DNA of 64,000 nucleotides from an uncultured bacterium (GCA_964619725.1 CAZUFC010000006.1:32001-96000), one strand, 5' to 3'. Positions 8,412-19,231 are shown, counted from the first letter of the stretch. Notes: generated by a model not told the origin, from the sequence alone. A program made the numbers and translations.

Positions 8412-10157
8412 GTGATGAAAAATTTTTTGAGAGAAAGAATAATGATTAAACATTTTTGGTTAGTGATGTTTCCGCTATCCTTGTCGATCGTTTTATTGTC
8501 TCCATCCGGCGAGTCTGAGATTATACGTATCCCTTTTGATTATCCTACAATTCAAGAGGGGATCAATGCTTCTGAAGAAGGCGATACTGTTCTTATCACC
8601 GAGGGTATATATACAGGACAGGGAAACAGGGATATCACTTTTAATGGGAAAGCCATTAAAGTAACTTCAGAAAGTGGAGCAGAAAAAACTATAATTGAAC
8701 CGAATGGAAATGAACAAGAGCCTTATTGTGGGTTCATTTTCAATAACGGGGAAAATGAAAACTCGGTACTTGATGGATTTACAATTAGAAAAGGGGCCAG
8801 ATTCGGAAATCCGGGAGGTGGGGGAATTGAAATCAACAGCTCTTCACCAAGCATAGAAAATTGCATAATCGAAAACAATAAAGGAGGCGGCATCGGTGTC
8901 TGCTCTCAGGGTTCCGTCAACGCGTCTCCGTTAATTGCCAATTGTCAAATATCAGGTAATGATGATTGGGGAGGCATGGCTGGAGGAATAGCTTGTTGTG
9001 CCAGTACTGCACCCTATATTGTAGATTGTACAATTAGCGACAATTCTGGTTCCGGGTTGCATTGTTATAATTCGTATTCTTCTCCAACCATAGTAAATAC
9101 TAGAATAATGTGTAATTCTGCAAACAAAGGAGCTGGAATACATGCAATCGTCCATACTTTTCCCACAATAAGTAACTGTTTGATCATATCGAACAGTGCC
9201 GCATACGCAGGAGGAGGAATATATTTTGAACACCCTCTGGGTCCCTCTGTTAAAATTGAAAACTGTACTATTTCAGAAAACAGCGCCGATTATGGAGGGG
9301 GCATTTATTGTCTTGAATGTGAAAATTCCATTGAAATTTTAAACAGTATCCTTTGGGATAATAGCGCGGATCACGGGTCTGAAATTTATATGGATCGATT
9401 GGATATCATAAGCATCAGCTACAGCGATGTATACGGCGGACAACAAAATATTCATATTTGCGACAATTGCACCCTTCAGTGGGGATCAGGCATGATCAAC
9501 CAAGACCCTCTATTTTCATCAGGATACTGGGGAAGCCATTATCTAAGTCATATTGCCGCTGGTCAGTTAATGGACAGTCCTTGTATCGATACTGGCAGTG
9601 AACTGGCAAAGGATATTTTTTACTTGAGTTTGAATGAAACAATTTACATGGATGAAATGACAACCAGAAGGGATCATGTCGAAGACAGCGGCTTCGTCGA
9701 TATAGGATATCATTGTTCGATAAACATTCCAACACGGTCCCCTACACCAACTGGGACTTGGTTTTCTCCCACTCAAACGCCTACATTTCCTTGTATTTCC
9801 ACAGGAATAAAGCTGGAAATGCCGTCTCACACATTTAAAACAGGCGACTTATGTTATCTTTGGATGTTTGTCTGCAACTTAAATGGCGATCCAATGACAC
9901 AATATCCTTTATTCTTAATCCTTGATGTATATGGCGATTACTGGTTCGCTCCTTCATGGAAATCTAACCAGGAGGGTTTTGATTATTATATTTCAAACTG
10001 GCCGGAAGGACTCACGGAATTCGTCGTAATTGATGCCTTCGTCTGGCCCGGAGATATTGGCGAAGCTTCCGGAATAACATTCCATGCCGCCTTCACAGAT
10101 CCACAAATGACAAGGATTTTGGGAGAAACGGATTCGTGGACTTTCGGATGGGAGTAG
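8412..10157 (+). CDS. Secreted right-handed parallel beta-helix (pectin-lyase-like) protein with shared C-terminal domain
   Basis: YPTIQEGI..A..GDTVLI..G.Y.G.GN; repeated I.NC.IS.NSA..GGGI; P/T linker; ILDVYG domain; visibly AT-richer than neighbours. Confidence 0.85.
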   Translation: MMKNFLRERIMIKHFWLVMFPLSLSIVLLSPSGESEIIRIPFDYPTIQEGINASEEGDTVLITEGIYTGQGNRDITFNGKAIKVTSESGAEKTIIEPNGNEQEPYCGFIFNNGENENSVLDGFTIRKGARFGNPGGGGIEINSSSPSIENCIIENNKGGGIGVCSQGSVNASPLIANCQISGNDDWGGMAGGIACCASTAPYIVDCTISDNSGSGLHCYNSYSSPTIVNTRIMCNSANKGAGIHAIVHTFPTISNCLIISNSAAYAGGGIYFEHPLGPSVKIENCTISENSADYGGGIYCLECENSIEILNSILWDNSADHGSEIYMDRLDIISISYSDVYGGQQNIHICDNCTLQWGSGMINQDPLFSSGYWGSHYLSHIAAGQLMDSPCIDTGSELAKDIFYLSLNETIYMDEMTTRRDHVEDSGFVDIGYHCSINIPTRSPTPTGTWFSPTQTPTFPCISTGIKLEMPSHTFKTGDLCYLWMFVCNLNGDPMTQYPLFLILDVYGDYWFAPSWKSNQEGFDYYISNWPEGLTEFVVIDAFVWPGDIGEASGITFHAAFTDPQMTRILGETDSWTFGWE

Positions 10158-10164
10158 CTGGTTT

Positions 10165-10211
10165 AACTCAAAAGCAATTGAATATATGGTCATCGGAGGA
10201 TATGCCGTTGG
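10165..10211 (+). repeat. 47-bp remnant of the nucleotidyltransferase gene (direct repeat of 7242-7288)
   Basis: 44 of 47 positions identical to 7242-7288. Confidence 0.85.
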
Positions 10212-10386
10212 TTTGCTGCTTGACGGTCGCTGGGGAGTATGATCGGGTCCCATTTTTTGACTTCCAGATGGTGAGGTAATAAAAAGGAAATGTTTCCGGT
10301 TGCGCGGCGGGAAGAGTAGAAGCGGACGCGTGACGGGAAAATGAGCGCTGATAGTTGATCATTAAATACTGCGGAAAGGGTAACAG

Positions 10387-13300
10387 ATGAAAATATCACG
10401 GAATTGTTCTGCGATTTTTGTATTTTTGATTATATTATTTTTTTCAGTGGTTTCGGGAGAGTTTTCGACATCGGCTGCCGGCTGGTTTTCGTTTGCTGAT
10501 GCGGATGAATCTTCTTCGATTGAGGTTAAAAACCTGAATATGGGGCCCGACGGCCTGGAATTTGAGATCGAATTTCCCGGCATGTTTTTTCAGGAGGTTC
10601 AGATCAGGAATCGACGGTTCGTTGAGGTTGATATGCCGGGAGCGGGACGTTGCGGGGAGACGGGACATCCATCTTTGCCTGCTTTCAGGCGTTTTATTCA
10701 TATACCTTTTTGCGAGGGTTTTTCGATTGAAACGGAAATACTGGAGAAGGGAACCGTGACTTTGGCTCAAGTCGGTTACGGTCTGGAAATATCTCCTGTG
10801 CAGCCGCCGCTGGATAAAATACCCGGAGCCTATGAATCAATGAGGGTGGAGTATGATGAAAGCGCTTATCGCAGGGATGGTTACAGTCCTGAAATTTCGG
10901 CTTCGGTCGGTTATCCCGGCATGGCCAGGGGGCATCGGACGGTTCTGTTGGAAGCTTTTCCCGTGTCTTACAATGCTGTTGAAAGGGCTGTCGAATACTG
11001 TTCCGGAATGCGGATAAAAATAACTTTCCAGAATGCGGACATAATGAGGACGAAGAAATGCCTGAAGCGGTACCGGAATGTGTTGTTCGACCGGCTGGTA
11101 TCGAGTTTTTTAATCAACCCGGAGTTTATGTATTTTTTGACTGATTATCCGCCGCTTCCGCCGCCCTCCTTTTTAATTATCGTTCACGACGAATTTGAAT
11201 CGGCCGTTTATCCTTTCGCTCAGGTGAAGCAAAGCCTGGGTTATGACGTTTCTATAGCGAATACGAGTGAAACGGGCGATACGGCTTCAGAAATAAAAGA
11301 GTATATTTCAGAAGCCTATGATACCTGGCCCAATCCTCCGGTTTATGTCTTGCTGGTAGGGGATACGGATTACATACCGGCGTGGTGGGGAAGCCACAGT
11401 TATTCAGAAACGGATATCGATTATTCATTGCTTCAGGACGGCGATTATCTTCCTGACGTAGCGTTGGGTCGATGGCCTGTCAATAGCCTGTTGCAGACGG
11501 CGATCATAGTGGAAAAGACGCTGGCGTATGAATTGGCGGAAATGGAGGAGGATTCGTTTTACGGTCAGGGCGTCTTTATTGCCTCATCCGATGCCGGGGG
11601 AATGGCGGAGGATACGCATAACTGGGTGATCAGCAATTACCTGGAGCCTGACGGTCATATGGCTCACAGGGTCTGGGAATCCCAGGGCGGCAATACGAGC
11701 GACGTCATCGAGAATTTGAACGAGGGGCGCGGGTGGTGCGTTTATTCGGGGCATGGATCGCCGTCCGGATGGTTATGCGTTTACTTTCAGAAAGGCCATA
11801 TCAAAAACGACCTGACGAATTACGAAAAGTATCCGCTGGTGAGTTCTCACGCTTGTTCGACAAACACCTATGAGGATGCGGAATGTTTCGGGGAAACCTG
11901 GCTGGTGGAGGAGGAGACGGGCGGCATAGCGTTCTGGGGAGCATCGGCTACGACTCAATGGGACGAGGATGATATAATCGAGAAGGGGCAGTTCAGGGGA
12001 TTAGTGGAGGATAAAATATATGCGTATTCCATGACGACGGATTACGGCAAGTATGATCTTGTGTTGGAGTATGGCTGGTCAGGCAGCGTCTATGATTATT
12101 ATGAGAAGTATGTGGTGCACGGTGATCCTTCAATCGACCCGTTTACGGATGTGCCGGAGGAATTGACGGTGGTTCATGATCCGACGGCTCCGGTAGGCGA
12201 GTATGATTACGAGGTATATGTAGAAGGAGCGGGAGGAGCTGTGGAAGGGGCATTGGTGAATTTGATGCTGGATGAGGTAGCATTGGCGACAGGTTACACG
12301 GATTCGTCGGGCAGCGTCGCTTTAACGATATATCCGCAAGCAGCCGGCGAGATGTCGGTCAACGTATCGGCTCATAATGCAGCGCCGTATTTTGGGATAT
12401 GCATGGTTACGCCGCAGGGTTGCGGATTCATTGATTTGGACCGCGAAATATACGCATGCGGTATGGAAGCGGAAATAGCCGCCTGGGACACTGACCTTAA
12501 TAGTGATCCGGGAGTCGTCGATACGGCGGAGGTTTTTCTTTGGAGCGACTCGGAGCCTGACCCGGAGACGCTGACGATAACGGAGACGGGGAACGATACG
12601 AATGAATTCCGGGGAACCATACTGCTGTCAGGCAGTCAGGGCGGACCGGGATATTTGCTTGTTTCTCACGGCGATACGGTAACCCTGAATTATTACGATG
12701 AAGATTGCGAGGGTGAGCCTGCGGACGTATATGATTATGCGGTCATGGATTGTGCCGGTCCGGTTATAACGGGAATATCTTCGAGTGAAATAACGGATGA
12801 TGGAGCGTTGATAAGCTGGATCACGGATGAACTATCTGACAGCATTGTTGATTATGGCCCGACCTTGCCGCCGGAAAGGAGCGTTTCCGATTCGAGTATG
12901 ACGACGGAACACAGCATGAGGTTAAGCGCACTGGAGTGTTGCGAGGAATATTATTTCCGTGTGACTTCGACCGATTCGCTGGGCAATACGACGATAGACG
13001 ACAATGGAGGCGATTATTACGTTTTTTCTACTTTGGGGCGCTTTTTGGTGATGAACGCTGAGATGAACAGCGATCCGGTATGGGCCATTTCCGGAGGCGA
13101 TTGGGAATACGGCATACCGTTGGGGGAAGGGGGTTTCGCCGGTTCTCCCGACCCTGAATCGGGGCATACGGGCGATCACGTCTACGGTTACAACCTGGAA
13201 GGCGATTACGACAACAGCGTGCCGGCATATCATCTGACGACGCTGCCGGTCGATTGTTCTGCAGCAGGCGCAACGATCCTGAGTTTCTACAGGTGGCTGG

Positions 13301-15345
13301 GAGCTTCTTATTCCGACCAGGCCCTGTTGTCGGCATCAAACGACGGAGAAAATTGGGATGAATACTATCGCAGCAGTTCTTACATCTCTGATGATGAATG
13401 GGTAGAATGCACGTACGATATCTCGGAAACGGCCAACGGACATTCCGAAGTATATGTTCGTTGGACGATGGGACCGACCACACAGAGCGTAACATCGTGC
13501 GGATGGAATATCGACGACGTGCAAATTTCTATGCTGGCGTCCTGCAACGCGCCGGTTCTGGGCTATGTCGAGCACGGCATTGACGATTCTTTCGGAAACG
13601 GCGACAGTGAACCGAATCCCGGCGAGATAATCGAATCATGTATAACGCTTCACAACCATTCTGCAACAACGGCGACGGGGCTCCAGGCATTCGTTACTGA
13701 AGATGGAGATGCGATTACGGTCCTCAACGGAGATATCGTTTTTCCGGATATTCCACCTGAAAGCGAGGGAATTTCGATTCCGCCCGGTTTGATCATACAG
13801 ATCAGTCCGCAGGCGCAGGATGGAGACGTCGTCAGATTCGACATGGAATGGACGTCGGCCGAGACGTCTGGAACGGTTTATTTCTCCGAAAGGGTTGTGG
13901 CTCCTGTAATTGAATTCAGGGATTTCACCATAGACGATTCAGCAGGAAACAATGATCTTAAAATAGACCCTGGTGAATTCATCCGCCTGCCCGTTCTGTT
14001 GAAAAACGCCGGCCATGGAACCGCTGCAGTAATAACCGGCTTATTGAGCTCAGATTCTGCTTATATAGAGATAAACGACGAGACCGCCTCCTGGGAAAGT
14101 ATGGAGTCGCAGGAAGCTTGTTGGAGTTCGGAACATTTCGGCTTTACTGTCGATGATGCAGCGCCCATCGGCGAAATCGTTACTTTTCGTCTGGACATAG
14201 AGACGCAATATTTTTCCGGCATTTTTTATTTTAAAACTCACATCGGAGCGCGTCCGGTCCTGGTTATTGATGATGATGCAGGTCCGTTCGCTGAATTGTT
14301 CGTTTCAATTCTGACCGATGCAGGATTCGCTGTTTCGCTGCAGACTGCCGCAGAAACTCAGGCGTCGGAATGGCCGGATTATTTGTTCATCGTCTGGAGC
14401 GCCGGGGCCTGCATTAATCCTTTGATTGAAGATGAGTGGAGAGAGAATCTGGTAAATTACGTCAATGAAGGCGGCCGATTGCTGATCGAAGGGGGTGAAA
14501 TATGCCGCGACTTCGAATACGGAGATTGGGATTTTCTTTACACGGTATGTCATGTTGACGACTGGAATGCGAACAGTTCAGGAAATCTTCATCTAAACGA
14601 ACCCGGTCACCCTCTGGCCAATTCACCTTATGTCTTGCCTTCAGAAATTCAACATAACGACCTTAACGCGGGGGATGAGGATGCGTGCGAGGTCGCAGAC
14701 GGAGCCGATCTGATTTACCGGTGGACTGCCGAACCGGGCGGAGGCGTAATTGCATACGACGATGACGACGATGCTGAAAATGGCGGACAGACAGTCTTTT
14801 ACTCCTTTACCCTGGGCCGAATCCCCAATGCGGACGTCAGGGCAAGATTGTTGAAAAATACGGCAGGATGGCTACTGGGCATTCCCGACGCACCCTTCAC
14901 GCCTACTCCGGACCCGACGACAACGCCGACCGGCATGCCCACCTGTATTCCGACGCCGACTACCGTCCCTACTTCACTTCCCACGATATCCCCCACGCCT
15001 TCCAGCGTCATTTTCAAACTTATCCTGAACAAAAACAGATTCCGTGCCGGCGATGATTTTATTCTGGACAGACGATTGAGTAATCCCGGCGAGTCCTTGG
15101 CGGCCTATGAATTCATTATTCTCGACATTTACGGAGAATACTGGTTTTACGATGACTGGACGCGGCAAATCGACTGGCTTGATATCCTGGTCCCAGCTCG
15201 CTCGGATCAGACGAAAAATATACTGTCCTTCATTTGGCCGGATGCCGCCGGTTCCAGTCAGGGCTTGAAATTCTGGGGAGCATTGCTCGACGATCAATCC
15301 AACCTGATCAGCAATATCGATTCGTTTGAATGGAGTTTTGAGTAA
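10387..15345 (+). CDS. C25 (gingipain-type) cysteine peptidase, multidomain, with shared C-terminal domain
   Basis: Propeptide (G.P.LPAFRRFI.IP), YVLLVGD, PDVALGRWPV, catalytic YSGHGS and SHACST; Ig/FN3-like modules; P/T linker; ILDIYG domain. Confidence 0.9.
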   Translation: MKISRNCSAIFVFLIILFFSVVSGEFSTSAAGWFSFADADESSSIEVKNLNMGPDGLEFEIEFPGMFFQEVQIRNRRFVEVDMPGAGRCGETGHPSLPAFRRFIHIPFCEGFSIETEILEKGTVTLAQVGYGLEISPVQPPLDKIPGAYESMRVEYDESAYRRDGYSPEISASVGYPGMARGHRTVLLEAFPVSYNAVERAVEYCSGMRIKITFQNADIMRTKKCLKRYRNVLFDRLVSSFLINPEFMYFLTDYPPLPPPSFLIIVHDEFESAVYPFAQVKQSLGYDVSIANTSETGDTASEIKEYISEAYDTWPNPPVYVLLVGDTDYIPAWWGSHSYSETDIDYSLLQDGDYLPDVALGRWPVNSLLQTAIIVEKTLAYELAEMEEDSFYGQGVFIASSDAGGMAEDTHNWVISNYLEPDGHMAHRVWESQGGNTSDVIENLNEGRGWCVYSGHGSPSGWLCVYFQKGHIKNDLTNYEKYPLVSSHACSTNTYEDAECFGETWLVEEETGGIAFWGASATTQWDEDDIIEKGQFRGLVEDKIYAYSMTTDYGKYDLVLEYGWSGSVYDYYEKYVVHGDPSIDPFTDVPEELTVVHDPTAPVGEYDYEVYVEGAGGAVEGALVNLMLDEVALATGYTDSSGSVALTIYPQAAGEMSVNVSAHNAAPYFGICMVTPQGCGFIDLDREIYACGMEAEIAAWDTDLNSDPGVVDTAEVFLWSDSEPDPETLTITETGNDTNEFRGTILLSGSQGGPGYLLVSHGDTVTLNYYDEDCEGEPADVYDYAVMDCAGPVITGISSSEITDDGALISWITDELSDSIVDYGPTLPPERSVSDSSMTTEHSMRLSALECCEEYYFRVTSTDSLGNTTIDDNGGDYYVFSTLGRFLVMNAEMNSDPVWAISGGDWEYGIPLGEGGFAGSPDPESGHTGDHVYGYNLEGDYDNSVPAYHLTTLPVDCSAAGATILSFYRWLGASYSDQALLSASNDGENWDEYYRSSSYISDDEWVECTYDISETANGHSEVYVRWTMGPTTQSVTSCGWNIDDVQISMLASCNAPVLGYVEHGIDDSFGNGDSEPNPGEIIESCITLHNHSATTATGLQAFVTEDGDAITVLNGDIVFPDIPPESEGISIPPGLIIQISPQAQDGDVVRFDMEWTSAETSGTVYFSERVVAPVIEFRDFTIDDSAGNNDLKIDPGEFIRLPVLLKNAGHGTAAVITGLLSSDSAYIEINDETASWESMESQEACWSSEHFGFTVDDAAPIGEIVTFRLDIETQYFSGIFYFKTHIGARPVLVIDDDAGPFAELFVSILTDAGFAVSLQTAAETQASEWPDYLFIVWSAGACINPLIEDEWRENLVNYVNEGGRLLIEGGEICRDFEYGDWDFLYTVCHVDDWNANSSGNLHLNEPGHPLANSPYVLPSEIQHNDLNAGDEDACEVADGADLIYRWTAEPGGGVIAYDDDDDAENGGQTVFYSFTLGRIPNADVRARLLKNTAGWLLGIPDAPFTPTPDPTTTPTGMPTCIPTPTTVPTSLPTISPTPSSVIFKLILNKNRFRAGDDFILDRRLSNPGESLAAYEFIILDIYGEYWFYDDWTRQIDWLDILVPARSDQTKNILSFIWPDAAGSSQGLKFWGALLDDQSNLISNIDSFEWSFE

Positions 15346-15636
15346 AATCAATCAATTTTTAATCGTTGCTGAGTCATTATTTATGCAGGTCGTTTTTACG
15401 GCAGCAAATAAATCTATTTCGCTCCCCATAAATTCTTGACATCAGTCGAATTTTCCTTAATATGAAAATGTTAAGCGGTTAGTATCGCGTGTGACGCCGC
15501 TTCAACACTCCACAATAAACCCACCCAAAAAGAAACATTATTTCATTTGTAATATTGACTTAAGGATTTTTATTCTAACGTTATTTTTTCTTAATGAATA
15601 TCTTTCCCAACGATGACGCGGGAAAAGTACTAAAGC

Positions 15637-15660
15637 AAAACGGGTACAAAAACGGGTACA
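15637..15660. repeat. 12-bp direct repeat just upstream of the kinase start
   Basis: AAAACGGGTACA x2. Confidence 0.8.
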
Positions 15661-15665
15661 ATTGA

Positions 15666-18600
15666 ATGAGTGCAGGAAAAAGCATTGATCCGGAACAAAA
15701 AGAACGAGCAGCAGAAGACAATGCTGGTGATAGTTCTGAAGAGAATATTGAAGCCTTGCTGGAAGAATTTTTCGAGCAGGAAAAAGATAATGTTCCTGAA
15801 AAGCGGCGACGAATAATCGAAGCTTTTCGAAGAAGCGAAGCCCGGTACAGAAATCTTTTCGACAATGCTCAGGTGGGTCTTTTTCGAACAAGGTTAAGCG
15901 ACGGAAAGGCTTTGGAATGTAACCAACTGATGGCGGAGATGCTGGGATATGAGAACATTGAGGAATGCAAGGAGCACATAGTTGCATCAGAAATGTATGC
16001 GGACCCGGGGCGTCGAGATGAGATGCTGAGGGAATTAGAGAGGAAAGGGCGAGTAAGAAATTTTGAGGTAAAGGGAAGGCACAAGGACGGGTCGACGTTC
16101 TGGATGAGCTTTTCCGCAGCGATGTTCAAGGAATCAGGATATCTGGAAGGAGCTGTTATTGATATTACCGATAAGAAAGCAGCTGTTGAATCGCTTCGGG
16201 AGAGTGAACAGAATTACAGGATGCTTACGGAAGGGTTGCATGACATCGTGTTTGTAATTTCTTCAACGGGTATTGTGGAATATTGCAGTCCGGCGGTCCG
16301 TGAATTCGGGGGATATGACCCGGAGGAAGAGGTCGGCAAACATGTCGGGAAATATTTCGCGAAAAAGCCGGAGTTGCTCAAAGCGCTGATGCTGATGAAG
16401 AAGGTTATCGTAAATAAGAAATCCGCGCAGATGGAAGTTATGTATCGGCCGAAAAGGGGGGATCCTTTTTACGTGGAGGTCACGGGCAAACCCTTGATAA
16501 GAAGCAACGGACGCGCCAATGTGCTTTGTCTTATGAGGGATATCAGGGAGCGAAAACGTAATGAGAATCTTCTGAAGATTCAAAGAGACATCGGTAATAT
16601 ATTGAGTTCTCAATGTAATTTGGAGGAAGCGCTGAGCCAGATATTAAAAGCGGTGTGTCGATTGGACGGAGTGGAATGCGGAGGAGTGTACAGGATAGAT
16701 AAGCGAACTGGGGAGATAAGACTGGTATCCCATCTGAACTTATCGAGAAATTTCGTCGAGAGAGTTACTTGTTTCGACCCAGACTCTTCCCAGGCAAGAT
16801 CCGCCAGGAAAGGTAAGCCGCTTTATTTTAACAGGACAGGCAAATATGCTTCAGTCAGCCGCAATGTCTCCAGGGAAGGGGTGCTCAGTTATGTATTGTT
16901 ACCGGTCAAAAAGGGTAAAGAGACTATAGCCGTTCTGAATTTAGGGTCCAGAACATATCATGAAATACCTGAATCTTCTCGCAATGCTCTGGAAATAATA
17001 GCCGCACAGGCGGGCGGCATTATCGCGAGAGTAGAAGCGGAGGATGCGCTGCTTGAAAGTGAGCGAAAATACAGAAATCTGTTTGAATCTTCCCGCGATG
17101 CAATAATGATGCTGGATAGGGAGCAAATTTTCGATTGTAATCAGGCTACGTTAGACCTTTATCGATATGCGACCAAAAGTGATTTTCTGAAAAAGAGTTT
17201 CAGCGATTTGACGGATTCTTCTCAAATGAAATGCGAGAATTTTCGTTTTGAACTGGAAAAGCATATCGATAGCGCTTACGAAACGGGCGGTGATTTTTTC
17301 GAATGGGTGCATAAACGGGCAGACGGAACCGAATTCAATTCAGAGATATCTATGACTCGTTTTGAGCTTGATGGCCGGGATGTCTTGCAGGTGATGGTCC
17401 GCGACATAACCGATCGAAAGTTAGTGGAACAGGAGCTGAACAAATTCAAAACAATAACGGACAGGGCCAATTACGGAGCGGCCATAATGAGTCTTGGGGG
17501 GAATTTTCTATATGTAAACGGGTGTTTTGCGAGTATGCACCGGTATGATGCGGATGACCTCATTAACAAACCGGGGAGTATACTTTATGATGATTTGCCT
17601 CGTAAGCGTTTCGCCCGACTGATGGAGAAGGTCAGAATACAGGGAGGCGTTGCAGCGGAGGAACTGGAGCACAAAAGGAGCGACGGGACCCGATTTACCG
17701 GGCTGAACAACATATATTTAATAAAGGACGAGGAGAATCTGCCGCTGTATATATCTGCGACGACGATCGACATATCGGACAAGAAGCGTCTGCAGGCGAG
17801 ATTGCAGCGCGCTCAGAAAATGGAAGCGATAGGAACGCTGGCAGGAGGAGTTGCGCATGATCTGAACAATATTTTAAGCGGTCTGGTGAGTTATCCTGAG
17901 CTTATTCTGATGGACCTGCCGGAAGAGAGCAATTTGCGGCAGCCTATCGCAACGATAAAGAAAGCGGGAGATAAAGCTGCGGCAGTGGTTCAGGATTTGC
18001 TGACGCTGGCCAGAAGAAATGTTGCCGTAACGGAAATAGTAAATTTGAACGACATCGTCACGGAATATTTCCATACGCCGGAATTCCAGAAACTCAAAAA
18101 TACATACCCGGAAATCGACTTCAAGCTTGACCTGAAGGAAGATTTAATGAATATAACCGGATCGCCGGTCCATTTATCGAAAACATTGATGAATCTGGTG
18201 ACGAATGCGGTTGAGGCTATTGAAGGAGAAGGCGCGGTTAAAATTTCAACGGACAACGGATACGTGGATCGAAATCTGAGGGGTTATGACAATATTAAAG
18301 AAGGAGATTATGCTGTATTGACGGTCGAAGACGACGGCATGGGCATATCGGACGAAGACAGGGATAAAATTTTTGAGCCGTTCTTCACGAAAAAGATTAT
18401 GGGAAGAAGCGGAACCGGACTGGGAATGTCGGTGGTCTGGGCCAGCGTCAAGGATCACAATGGATTCATTGATCTTCACACCTCGGTTAACCGGGGGACG
18501 GTCTTCAAATTATATTTTCCGACGACCCGAAAAGAAGCTAAAACCGAATCCGAGGCTTCATCGATAGAAGCATGTATGGGCTCCGGAGAAACTGTTCTGG

Positions 18601-19004
18601 TTGTGGATGATATTAAAGAGCAACGCGAAATTGCAGAACATATATTGAAAAAACTTGGCTACAAGGTCTTCACGGCAAAGTGCGGAGAAGATGCTGTCGA
18701 ATACATGCGAGAAAATAGTGCGGAGTTGCTTCTTCTTGATATGATCATGGACCCGGGCATGGACGGACTGGCGACATACAGGGAAATACTGAAATTGCAC
18801 CCCGGTCAGAAAGCCGTAATAGCCAGCGGTTTCAGCGAAACAACGAAGGTAAGGGAGGCGCAGAAGGCGGGTGCCGGACCATATTTGAGAAAACCCTACA
18901 GTTTGAGAAAACTGGGCATAGCCATAAAAAAAGAGTTGGAAAGAAGAGAAAAAAACCCGCCGCCTGACGTAAAGCGACGGGTCCGTTTGGATGCAGTGAA
19001 TTGA
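15666..19004 (+). CDS. Hybrid sensor histidine kinase (4 PAS, GAF, HisKA, HATPase, REC)
   Basis: AGGVAHDLNN H-box, NLVTNA, D.G.GI, FEPFFTKK, GTGLG; receiver VVDD, LLDM, KP. Confidence 0.95.
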   Translation: MSAGKSIDPEQKERAAEDNAGDSSEENIEALLEEFFEQEKDNVPEKRRRIIEAFRRSEARYRNLFDNAQVGLFRTRLSDGKALECNQLMAEMLGYENIEECKEHIVASEMYADPGRRDEMLRELERKGRVRNFEVKGRHKDGSTFWMSFSAAMFKESGYLEGAVIDITDKKAAVESLRESEQNYRMLTEGLHDIVFVISSTGIVEYCSPAVREFGGYDPEEEVGKHVGKYFAKKPELLKALMLMKKVIVNKKSAQMEVMYRPKRGDPFYVEVTGKPLIRSNGRANVLCLMRDIRERKRNENLLKIQRDIGNILSSQCNLEEALSQILKAVCRLDGVECGGVYRIDKRTGEIRLVSHLNLSRNFVERVTCFDPDSSQARSARKGKPLYFNRTGKYASVSRNVSREGVLSYVLLPVKKGKETIAVLNLGSRTYHEIPESSRNALEIIAAQAGGIIARVEAEDALLESERKYRNLFESSRDAIMMLDREQIFDCNQATLDLYRYATKSDFLKKSFSDLTDSSQMKCENFRFELEKHIDSAYETGGDFFEWVHKRADGTEFNSEISMTRFELDGRDVLQVMVRDITDRKLVEQELNKFKTITDRANYGAAIMSLGGNFLYVNGCFASMHRYDADDLINKPGSILYDDLPRKRFARLMEKVRIQGGVAAEELEHKRSDGTRFTGLNNIYLIKDEENLPLYISATTIDISDKKRLQARLQRAQKMEAIGTLAGGVAHDLNNILSGLVSYPELILMDLPEESNLRQPIATIKKAGDKAAAVVQDLLTLARRNVAVTEIVNLNDIVTEYFHTPEFQKLKNTYPEIDFKLDLKEDLMNITGSPVHLSKTLMNLVTNAVEAIEGEGAVKISTDNGYVDRNLRGYDNIKEGDYAVLTVEDDGMGISDEDRDKIFEPFFTKKIMGRSGTGLGMSVVWASVKDHNGFIDLHTSVNRGTVFKLYFPTTRKEAKTESEASSIEACMGSGETVLVVDDIKEQREIAEHILKKLGYKVFTAKCGEDAVEYMRENSAELLLLDMIMDPGMDGLATYREILKLHPGQKAVIASGFSETTKVREAQKAGAGPYLRKPYSLRKLGIAIKKELERREKNPPPDVKRRVRLDAVN

Positions 19005-19024
19005 TCGTTTGTGTTGTAACTTTT

Positions 19025-19177
19025 GGCATTGATCAAAAATGGGTCTTTTGAGGTTACAATTATTCCGAATTTCCCCCTTTAGTTTCGATTCCGATTGCGA
19101 TACCGACCCCGACCCCGATTACTGAAACAAACTGTCAAAAGTTTTGAAAAAAATGTAACCCCGGTTTGATCAGTCCC
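19025..19177 (-). mobile_element. MITE copy 3 (153 bp) with near-perfect 8-bp target-site duplication
   Basis: Reverse complement GGGACTGATCAAACCGGGGTTACA ... TTGATCAATGCC; flanks TAACTTTT (19017-19024) and TGACTTTT (19178-19185). Confidence 0.85.
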
Positions 19178-19231
19178 TGACTTTTCTTTCTCTTCTTCTT
19201 CCTTTGATCCTAAGTGGAGCGAACTACAGAT

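Noticed and set aside
4484-10211. Prophage remnant
   Set aside because: No integrase, terminase, capsid or lysis genes, and the fibre protein has a Sec signal peptide
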